DNA from: a bacterium
Lineage (GTDB): Bacteria > Patescibacteriota > Minisyncoccia > Phycocordibacterales > UBA12079
Reading direction: 5' to 3'
Assembly: GCA_030641525.1 (NCBI GenBank)
Contig: DAOWHH010000016.1
Coordinates: forward strand, 1,073-65,072
Length of the DNA: 64,000 nucleotides
Below the pieces are notes generated by a model. The model saw nothing but the letters and a program-made list of their open reading frames with translations. It made no database searches and was not told the DNA's origin. This document shows, piece by piece, positions 50,551 to 57,618 of the stretch; the first letter of the stretch is position 1; every line of letters begins with the position of its first letter. A program made the position numbers and the translations under genes.

Positions 50551-51402
50551 TCATTTTGTTAGCTTAGAGATATCAATTTTTTCCAAAAAAACTGATTGTA
50601 GAAAGTCAGCCAAATTACTATTGGTTAATTGATCCATTCTATAATCTAGTTCATCCTTAGAATTCTCACCAAAATAATATAAGTCCATATGTAATTTTGA
50701 TATATTTTCGTTTTGACTAAGCCAATTAAATGGGTTTTTAAAGTACATCTCATCAGAAACACCTAATGAATATCCAAATATCGCAATATCGTATCCTTTT
50801 TTTAAATTTTCTGGTAAATCACATCTCTGAAATCCTTCACCTGTTGTCTTTTTAATAAACGTGTGAAATTTAGTTGACTTAGTATCGTCTTGAATTCCAA
50901 ATATTATATTCGACTCAAGATCACCATGAACGTGAATGTGTTTCTCTGCGATATCATTAGAACTCCATCCTTGATTAGCTAAAATATTCTTAACAGTTGA
51001 AGTATAGTTGAAATTATAAATTAAGATGTCAGTAGTTTTGTTGTACTTATCTACCGAGTTATTAGTAATAAAGTTGTATGCTTTTGACTTTTTATTAATT
51101 TTATCATATTTAATACTCTTCAAATATTCTAAAAATTGTTTAGCCAATTCTTTATATTCTTCCTTAAAAGAAGAAAGGATTTTACTACCAAGATTATTGA
51201 TATTGTCTGCGTAATCTTTTAACGCAACTTCTACATCTACCCAATTTTCGAGTTCCGACCGATTTTTTAAATTATTTGCAATTTGATTTCCGTCTTCTAA
51301 GAGTTCATCAAAATATAGACTTTTCAAAAAATGTGAATAAGAGGTTGGTAATCCTAGATTTAAATCAAATCCATTGCCTATGATGATAATTTTCTTTTTC
51401 AT
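50551..51402 (-). CDS. AbiH-like abortive-infection family protein
   Basis: Starts MKKKIIIIGNGFDLNLGLPTSYSHF, the GNGFD N-terminal signature recalled for the AbiH family. The track ORF extends further, from a GTG at 51510, and that extension reads into repeat A1. Ends 6 bp before the helicase start. Confidence 0.55.
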   Translation of the reverse strand: MKKKIIIIGNGFDLNLGLPTSYSHFLKSLYFDELLEDGNQIANNLKNRSELENWVDVEVALKDYADNINNLGSKILSSFKEEYKELAKQFLEYLKSIKYDKINKKSKAYNFITNNSVDKYNKTTDILIYNFNYTSTVKNILANQGWSSNDIAEKHIHVHGDLESNIIFGIQDDTKSTKFHTFIKKTTGEGFQRCDLPENLKKGYDIAIFGYSLGVSDEMYFKNPFNWLSQNENISKLHMDLYYFGENSKDELDYRMDQLTNSNLADFLQSVFLEKIDISKLTK

Positions 51403-51413
51403 TTTTATTTTTT

Positions 51414-51510
51414 TAATGCGGGCAACCTCGTGCTGGAACCGTGGATGGTTAAACTCTGTGAGGTCATTTTTCAATAGATTTATTTTATCAAAATTAAGGT
51501 CTTCGTGCAC
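51414..51510 (-). repeat. Family-A intergenic element, copy 1 (AATGCGGGCAACCTCGTGCTGGAACCGTGG...CGTGCAC)
   Basis: A roughly 95-nt element filling the spacer between the 145-aa gene and the AbiH-like gene. Confidence 0.75.
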
Positions 51511-51516
51511 TTAATT

Positions 51517-51954
51517 TCAATCAAAAAAGAAAGTGATATCAGAACAAATCAAAAAAATAATTATTCCAACAATAATCTTATTTTTGTTATTTTTTATCCA
51601 TCCAATAATATCTATCCAAACCATTCTAAAAAATTGTCTATACGGATTGTTTAAATGCGTTATGTTGATGGTAGTATTTAAATAGAGGGAAAAATTATCT
51701 ACATGAAATTTAAATATATATCCGTTTATAATTTTATTTTTAGGAAGTCTATGCTTATTTATATCTTTATCATCATAATCTGAATCCGAATTGTTTATAA
51801 GTGTATCCAACATTTTATGATATCTGACTAAAAAATACTTATCAACTGATTTTTCCTCAGGAAAAGAAGCGGCCGAACTGAGTAAAGCCTTGATCTCTGA
51901 TTGACATCCCTCCATAACATTTTGTATTTTTATATTATTAATTTTATGATGCAT
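51517..51954 (-). CDS. Hypothetical protein with a C-terminal TM helix
   Basis: 145-aa ORF. Confidence 0.35.
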   Translation of the reverse strand: MHHKINNIKIQNVMEGCQSEIKALLSSAASFPEEKSVDKYFLVRYHKMLDTLINNSDSDYDDKDINKHRLPKNKIINGYIFKFHVDNFSLYLNTTINITHLNNPYRQFFRMVWIDIIGWIKNNKNKIIVGIIIFLICSDITFFFD

Positions 51955-52348
51955 TTGTTTTATTTGGGTGCTTGTCCCACAAATCCCAATAAGATTTCTT
52001 GTCTCTAGGATTACCGGGATCTTTTTTTAAATAAGAATATAAAGTACCTTGTATTTGATGTGCCTGTAGCCAAATCCATCTATCGGTCATGTCTTCAGGA
52101 AATCCAGATTCAAGCAATCTTATTTCTAATCCCTCAATAATTTCAGGTGTTGTTATTTTACATTTTTTTATCCAAAGATATCTTCTTTCTTTGTGTACTC
52201 CATTCACGAAAGAATCCAAAGGACCGAGAACTTTATCCCAAAGTTCTACTGTAATTTTAAGTTGATGGGACGATAGAAACTCTTCTATTTTATTGCAGAA
52301 TCTGTCAATAGTTTCTTTCGATGGTTTTTCTTTATACTTTATTTTCAT
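51944..52348 (-). CDS. Hypothetical protein
   Basis: 134-aa ORF overlapping the next gene by 11 bp. Confidence 0.35.
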   Translation of the reverse strand: MKIKYKEKPSKETIDRFCNKIEEFLSSHQLKITVELWDKVLGPLDSFVNGVHKERRYLWIKKCKITTPEIIEGLEIRLLESGFPEDMTDRWIWLQAHQIQGTLYSYLKKDPGNPRDKKSYWDLWDKHPNKTNAS

Positions 52349-52377
52349 ATATTTAATTATCTTCGTGATAGCTCTAA

Positions 52378-52472
52378 AATGCGGGCAATCTCGAGCTAGA
52401 ACTGTGGGCGGTTAAGTTTGGTAAGGTTGTTTTTAATAAATTCATTCTATCCTTTTGAAGGCCCTCGTGCAC
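52378..52472 (-). repeat. Family-A intergenic element, copy 2
   Basis: AATGCGGGCAATCTCGAGCTAGAACTGTGGGCGGTTAAG...CCCTCGTGCAC, lying between the HNH gene and the 134-aa gene. Confidence 0.75.
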
Positions 52473-52500
52473 TTCTCTTTAATTAAAAATTTTTTGGCGA

Positions 52501-53421
52501 CTATTTAGAATGTCTATTTCCTTTTCCTAAATTACATTTTTCGCAAAGTGTTTGTAAGTTGTCTAGAATTGTTTTACCGCCTTTTGAAAATGGAATTATA
52601 TGATCGATGTGTAATTTACATTTCGGGTCGGTAGCGGGGCTTGTACCACACTTAATACATTTGAACTTATCCCTACTCAAAATTTTATAACGTAAGCCTA
52701 GTTTAATTTCATGGCGATCTTCGCTTGGTACACTAATTTTTTTAATTTCTTCTTCTGGCTCTTTGACAACTGATGTAATCTCTTTTTGTTCTAACTCGTC
52801 GTCTTTTTTATCCATTTTATTAATAAATGCTTCGAGTGCTTTTCTCCAACTTCCAAAACGTGATTCATATGCTGATGGGGTAATTGCCGATGGATGTTCT
52901 GCCATTTCTCTTAAAAAAGGCTGTCGTCCACAATGTGTCCAGACGTTTAACAGGTTTTCATAATATTCATTTTCGGTAAATCTTTTTCCGTAAGGTGACA
53001 ATTGTAATCCTGCCTTTTTAAGTCCTTTGGACCAAGAACCAAATCTGTAAATAACAGTTGAAGCACTAATCATTTCTGAATTATCCTTTATTTCTTCTTG
53101 GGATATATAATTTTTATCGAGTTTCTCAGCAGCCGTTCGTAATTCTTTCAAAATTTCTTTGTCAGTTAAATTTTTATTTTGCTTGCGCATTTTTTCAGAG
53201 ACTGTACGTCCAGAATATTTATGTCCAAGTTTTGCAACATTAAGAGCTTTTTGCCAACCACCTAATCTTTTTTGAATAGTACCAGAAGTTATTTTCCCAT
53301 GCTCATCATAGTCTTTCCTAGTTAATAATTCTTTACCCACAATTACATCAACACGTTTAATCTCATCTATTATTTCTTTGTCGGAGCAATTTCTTGTTAA
53401 GTTTTTTAGTTCAAATTTCAT
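52501..53421 (-). CDS. HNH endonuclease with three N-terminal helix-repeat modules (homing-endonuclease-like)
   Basis: C-terminal HNH (HIDHIIPFSKGGKTILDNLQTLCEKCNLGKGN). Three repeats of the xFGSWxKAL motif (RLGGWQKALNVAKL, RFGSWSKGLKKAGL, RFGSWRKALEAF). Confidence 0.7.
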   Translation of the reverse strand: MKFELKNLTRNCSDKEIIDEIKRVDVIVGKELLTRKDYDEHGKITSGTIQKRLGGWQKALNVAKLGHKYSGRTVSEKMRKQNKNLTDKEILKELRTAAEKLDKNYISQEEIKDNSEMISASTVIYRFGSWSKGLKKAGLQLSPYGKRFTENEYYENLLNVWTHCGRQPFLREMAEHPSAITPSAYESRFGSWRKALEAFINKMDKKDDELEQKEITSVVKEPEEEIKKISVPSEDRHEIKLGLRYKILSRDKFKCIKCGTSPATDPKCKLHIDHIIPFSKGGKTILDNLQTLCEKCNLGKGNRHSK

Positions 53422-53512
53422 GTTTTTATCCTAACGTAATTACTGGTTTTATAATAGTAAGTTACTAACAAACTACTTCGTGCTAGCACGATGTTGCGGA
53501 GAGGACAGGATT

Positions 53513-53590
53513 GGTCACGAATCACTAAGTATATTTCTTCGCTATCGCTCAAAATCTACTAAGTGTTCTCGACCCCGACTCAGCGACAAG
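53513..53590 (+). repeat. Family-B element, copy 3
   Basis: GGTCACGAATCACTAAGTATATTTCTTCGCTATCGCTCAAAATCTACTAAGTGTTCTCGACCCCGACTCAG. Confidence 0.65.
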
Positions 53591-53696
53591 CACTCGCTCC
53601 GCTCGTCTTGTGTACCGCTTCCGTCTTTCGAATCCTGTCTTCTCTTCTGTATGTTTGAAATCAGGAATACCACTCAATGTGGTATTCCTAATTTCA

Positions 53697-53791
53697 AATG
53701 CGGGCAACCTCGTGCTGGAACCGTGGGGTATCAAGCCCTGTAAGGCGGTTTTAAGCTTTTTAGGACTACTAATCGAAGGATCCTCGTGCAC
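53697..53791 (-). repeat. Family-A intergenic element, copy 3
   Basis: AATGCGGGCAACCTCGTGCTGGAACCGTGGGGTATCAAG...TCCTCGTGCAC, preceded by the hairpin CAGGAATACCAC-TCAA-TGTGGTATTCCT at 53661-53690. Confidence 0.75.
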
Positions 53792-53807
53792 CTTTGTTTT
53801 TTCAAAA

Positions 53808-53847
53808 AGTGACAAAAGTGACACATAATTGATATATAAAATTACAG
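53808..53847. repeat. Family-C 40-nt direct repeat, copy 1 (downstream of the EEP gene)
   Basis: AGTGACAAAAGTGACACATAATTGATATATAAAATTACAG. Confidence 0.7.
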
Positions 53848-53903
53848 TCAATTGTAACTTTTGTGATAAATTATGACTCTAAATTCATTAGTTTCAATAA
53901 CCT

Positions 53904-54833
53904 CTAATCATCATCACCCAAATCCGTTCTAAATCTCGCATATATAGGATAATGATCTGAAACTTTAACAACAAAATCTTGATCGGTAATTCCATATTCT
54001 TGATCGAAATAAAATACTTCGGCGCTGTTCGGAATATATTCATAATTTAATGTACTGTCTCTAATTACAATTCTGTCATATGTCCAGCCAGTTTTAGTCA
54101 TTGTGTCCATATCGTTGGTGATTATCCAATGGTAAGGAAAAGATTTGAAAGTATTAGAGGTGGTGTCTTCGTCAAAATAACTACCGTCAGCATTGAAATC
54201 ACCCATAACAATTATGTCTTTTTCATTAGGATTTTTGTTTAAGATTGAATCAACAACATCTGCAAGATGAGCAATTTCTGAATCAGCATCATCCGGTTTT
54301 ATATGAATTCCTGCAAGTGTGAAATCAAAGTCTTCAGCCCGAAAAGAAGCGATATACGGTTCTCTTTCAAAAATATCATTTAAATCTTCATAAACATAAT
54401 CAGAATTTTCTAAAAATTCCACTTGGCAAGTGTTATAGAAATATGCATAAGCCTCTTTACTACTTGTTCTTCCCAGCCTCTGGCTTTTAATAAAGTTAAA
54501 TTTAGGATATTCAAAATCTTCGTTTATTTTAGTTAGATAATATGAAGCAGTTTCTTCTTTTGAGTCTCTTATTTCTTGAACTAATACAACATCAAACTCT
54601 TTGGTAATTTTCTTTAAGACCTTCATGACATCTTCTTTCGCTCTTTTTGTTTTGCCGAATACTTGAATATTAAAAGATGCTATTTTTATTTCTGATTTCG
54701 GGATTTCATTACATGAAGTAGAAGGAGAAGTGCTGATACCATTACCGTTACCAGACAATATAATAATTAAACCTACCACCAACAGAACAAGTAAGTTAAG
54801 GATATTCTTTTTTGATAAGTGTTTTGTAGACAT
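53904..54833 (-). CDS. Secreted or membrane-anchored endonuclease/exonuclease/phosphatase (EEP, DNase I-like) family nuclease
   Basis: Signal/TM N-terminus. EEP motifs (SFNIQVF, VLVQEIRD, MGDFNAD, SDHYPI). Confidence 0.7.
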   Translation of the reverse strand: MSTKHLSKKNILNLLVLLVVGLIIILSGNGNGISTSPSTSCNEIPKSEIKIASFNIQVFGKTKRAKEDVMKVLKKITKEFDVVLVQEIRDSKEETASYYLTKINEDFEYPKFNFIKSQRLGRTSSKEAYAYFYNTCQVEFLENSDYVYEDLNDIFEREPYIASFRAEDFDFTLAGIHIKPDDADSEIAHLADVVDSILNKNPNEKDIIVMGDFNADGSYFDEDTTSNTFKSFPYHWIITNDMDTMTKTGWTYDRIVIRDSTLNYEYIPNSAEVFYFDQEYGITDQDFVVKVSDHYPIYARFRTDLGDDD

Positions 54834-54881
54834 GAGTTTATTTTAACATATATAAATTAAAGGATTCTTGAGTATCTTTGT

Positions 54882-54922
54882 AGTGACAAAAAGTGACACA
54901 TAATCGATATATAAAGTTACAG
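54882..54922. repeat. Family-C direct repeat, copy 2 (upstream of the EEP gene)
   Basis: AGTGACAAAAAGTGACACATAATCGATATATAAAGTTACAG. Confidence 0.7.
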
Positions 54923-55408
54923 CTTCATGTCACTTTTAATTTCGTTATTATCAAGTACCCAACCGTAAACCTCGACTATGCCAATCTTACTTTTATCAAA
55001 GTCTGGCAACACATTTGGTAGCTTTCCTATTGAGATTAATATTCCAAATTTATAAAAATAAGGATCTTTAAAAAAAGTTTCATTAATCTTGTCGAGATCT
55101 TCTTGAAGATCTTTAGTTTTTGGATTTTTCTTTGCTTGAAAAACAACTAAGTTGTCTGAATGATTACTCCTCTTGTGAATAGCAATATCAGGACGTTTTC
55201 TGTCATTCTTTATAAGTTCAACATCAACATTATGTTTAGAAAACATTTCATTAAGTTTACTCTGAAGATGTGAGCATATATTCCACTCTGTTGTTTTCCA
55301 TATCTCGGGCTCAGTATCTGATATTTGTTTACAAGCAAGTGTTGTTTTGTTTAGAATTTCTTGGATTTCCATATTTTTGTTTTGAATTAAATATTTCTTT
55401 TCATCCAA
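54917..55408 (-). CDS. Small PD-(D/E)xK-like protein, paralogue of 21268-21681
   Basis: Shares TEWNI..H ... VDV ... KRPDI.IHKR.NH.DN ... LDKI with the R-M-linked paralogue. Confidence 0.5.
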   Translation of the reverse strand: MDEKKYLIQNKNMEIQEILNKTTLACKQISDTEPEIWKTTEWNICSHLQSKLNEMFSKHNVDVELIKNDRKRPDIAIHKRSNHSDNLVVFQAKKNPKTKDLQEDLDKINETFFKDPYFYKFGILISIGKLPNVLPDFDKSKIGIVEVYGWVLDNNEIKSDMKL

Positions 55409-55668
55409 TCAGTAACCTTTTTATCAACTCCCATAGTTCCCCAATCATCATCTGTAACATTCATTACTAATAATTCATCATTAGAGTCAATAAATTTCTT
55501 GAGATGATCTCTGATTTCAGAAGCTGAACTTTCAGAAACAACAAACCAAGTAGACTCTAGTGGTTTTGCCCATGAACCAAGCTTTTTAATTTGATCAATA
55601 AGACGTTTATATTCTGATGATGTTTCTCCTTTGTTTAAATCGTAAGCGATTAAAAATGTTTGTAACAT
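55387..55668 (-). CDS. Hypothetical small protein with a Cas2/VapD-like sequence pattern (weak)
   Basis: 93 aa. FLIAYDL ... LGSW ... STWFVVSE ... DELLVMNV resembles the Cas2 pattern hhhYDh...G.R.Q.SVF.C...DS.hhY.h. No cas1 and no array nearby. Confidence 0.3.
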   Translation of the reverse strand: MLQTFLIAYDLNKGETSSEYKRLIDQIKKLGSWAKPLESTWFVVSESSASEIRDHLKKFIDSNDELLVMNVTDDDWGTMGVDKKVTDWMKRNI

Positions 55669-55673
55669 AGTTT

Positions 55674-55919
55674 TTAAAATTTAGTATCTTTAGGTGGGCA
55701 TGGATCATTGCCTGGTTTTACTGTGTCACTATCACGAATAGGACCACCGTTTGGTTTATGAATTCTTACTTCACCACCACCAGATTTAGCTGATAATTCT
55801 TTTGCGATTTTTTCGGCTTCTTTTTGGGTGCTAGCTGTAGCAGAAGCACGATTTGCTCCGGCTTTGATAGCTTTCCAAACGCCAGAACCTTTTGGATTTG
55901 TTACATGGTAATTTGCCAT
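55674..55919 (-). CDS. DUF2188 (YjzC-like) family protein
   Basis: MANYHVTNPKGSGVWKAIKAGANRASATASTQKEAEKIAKELSAKSGGGEVRIHKPNGGPIRDSDT matches the DUF2188 consensus. Confidence 0.65.
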   Translation of the reverse strand: MANYHVTNPKGSGVWKAIKAGANRASATASTQKEAEKIAKELSAKSGGGEVRIHKPNGGPIRDSDTVKPGNDPCPPKDTKF

Positions 55920-55925
55920 ATGTTT

Positions 55926-56543
55926 TTAATATAGATCTTCTGGAAGTACTGCAACAACTACCCCTTGGATCATACAATTATCTGTTAATACGATAGGTCT
56001 GTGTTCTTTGTTCTTTGATTTTGGTCGAAGAATAATAGCATCACGAGTCCTCTCAAAAATTTTGACAGTTGCTTCATCATTAATAAGAGCAACTACCTTA
56101 TCTCCATTGTCTGCTGTATTTTGCTGTCTTATAAGAAGCAAGTCGCCATTATTGATTCCATCTGCATCCATTGAATCACCTAACGCTCGGAGAAAAAAAT
56201 ATTTTGATCCCTTTTGAACCATTCTTGTTGAAACAGGAATGTAGGTCTGTATATTTTCTTCTGCAAAGATTGGAGTTCCGCAGGCAACAGAGCCAACGAG
56301 GGGGACATCTACAATACTTACAGAATTTTCTTTATAAGTATTCACGAGTACTAAGTTTCTCCCTTTTTTCTTTATAAGACCAGATGCAATAAGTCGATTA
56401 ATTACAAGACTTGCTGACCTTGGAGATCTTCCACCCGTTACTTCGTTAATTTCACGAAGGGTAGGGCTTTCACCATAATGGATAATCTTGTTGCGGATAA
56501 GGGCAAAAGCTTTTTTGTCTTTGTCACTAAGGTTATTTGTCAT
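55926..56543 (-). CDS. lexA: LexA repressor (S24 peptidase)
   Basis: N-terminal LexA wHTH (LIRNKIIHYGESPTLREINEVTGGRSPRSASLVINRLIASGLIKKKG), cleavage-site region VACG, and catalytic Ser/Lys (GDSM ... K). Start taken at the MTNNLSDK Met; the track ORF begins at 56600. Confidence 0.85.
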   Translation of the reverse strand: MTNNLSDKDKKAFALIRNKIIHYGESPTLREINEVTGGRSPRSASLVINRLIASGLIKKKGRNLVLVNTYKENSVSIVDVPLVGSVACGTPIFAEENIQTYIPVSTRMVQKGSKYFFLRALGDSMDADGINNGDLLLIRQQNTADNGDKVVALINDEATVKIFERTRDAIILRPKSKNKEHRPIVLTDNCMIQGVVVAVLPEDLY

Positions 56544-56616
56544 GGTATAAATAGTATAAATTATTTTATATAATAATGCAAGTATTTTGTTTAAAACCAA
56601 CTCTGTTAAACCACAA

Positions 56617-57309
56617 CTAAGTATTATTTTCTTCTACAACATAATCAATTTTCGTTCTTGCTCCATCTAATACAGGATCATCAAGAGAATACTTTTGGAC
56701 AGGCACAATACCCCTTCCTGAGTATTCTAGTGTTTTATACAAATACCCAAGAAAAGATCCTGTGTACCGATAACAACGTATACATCCTTTTATTTTATCC
56801 TCTACATCATCAGTATAACCTTTCCATTTTTTCAGATAATAATAACGATCAATCCAATCATCAACTGTGTACGTGAGCAAACCAACTAATTCTTGTTGAG
56901 CTAAGACATTACCTTTTTGATACAATCTTACAAGTTTAACTAGAATTTTGTCCCTAGAGGCAAAATCTTTCTCATCAAGTGAAGTAATAAAAGTATATAG
57001 CTTATCTTTATGTTTAGTTAAGATAAGATTAACCTCGTCTTTGTTTTCATATGGTTTTACTACTTTTCGCCTGTACCTTACCCAACGTCTCTGAAATTCT
57101 CTTTCTAGAAGACTGGTAACTCTATCCCAATCTATTTCATCTGTTTCAGTTCTGATATTTTTATGTATAAATCTATATGCACGAGGTACATGTTGAACTA
57201 TCCATGAGCTACTGATTTTTTTAGGTTGTTTTTCACGAATAGTTTTATTTAATTCTTTTATAATACAATTAAGATTCATTGTGAAATTATACACGGGATT
57301 GATTGACAT
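56617..57309 (-). CDS. Hypothetical protein
   Basis: 230-aa ORF upstream of lexA with no motif recognised. Confidence 0.35.
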   Translation of the reverse strand: MSINPVYNFTMNLNCIIKELNKTIREKQPKKISSSWIVQHVPRAYRFIHKNIRTETDEIDWDRVTSLLEREFQRRWVRYRRKVVKPYENKDEVNLILTKHKDKLYTFITSLDEKDFASRDKILVKLVRLYQKGNVLAQQELVGLLTYTVDDWIDRYYYLKKWKGYTDDVEDKIKGCIRCYRYTGSFLGYLYKTLEYSGRGIVPVQKYSLDDPVLDGARTKIDYVVEENNT

Positions 57310-57354
57310 AATATATGGACCCTATATTATTAAAGGTAAGAGTTCTTGAAGAAA

Positions 57355-57585
57355 ACCACATATTGAGCGCATCTCCTCGAGCGCTACCATGTAATCGGCA
57401 GTACCAATTACATTAACGAGGCCGTCTAAGGAAAAACCTAAGACGAAGAGATTTACATCGGCAGAACCGGAGTGAATCTAGGTAACAAAAAGTAATAGTC
57501 TGATATTTCAGACTAGGTGTTTTTGTTTTCTAGATTTGTTCCGGACAAAATGAAAACACCATTTAAGGGGTGTTTTTTTTCGTTT
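57355..57585 (+). ncRNA. Candidate structured non-coding RNA with two tandem intrinsic terminators
   Basis: GC-richer 230-nt ORF-free stretch containing AGCGC-(n10)-GCGCT and repeated ATCGGCAG(T/A)ACC segments. It ends with TAGTCTGATATTTCAGACTA+T-run (57496-57530) and AACACC-ATTTAAGG-GGTGTT+T8 (57555-57580), just upstream of the ParB-MTase gene. Confidence 0.35.
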
Positions 57586-57618
57586 ACTCTTAATATTAAA
57601 AATTAAGAAATAAACAAC

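Noticed and set aside
53661-53690. Hairpin CAGGAATACCAC-TCAA-TGTGGTATTCCT as an independent feature
   Set aside because: Single occurrence with no T-run. It is noted only as part of the family-A copy 3 context.
55387-55668. Calling the 93-aa protein a Cas2
   Set aside because: It matches only the general pattern of the ferredoxin-like Cas2/VapD fold. There is no cas1, no repeat array and no HMM run, so it is kept as hypothetical.
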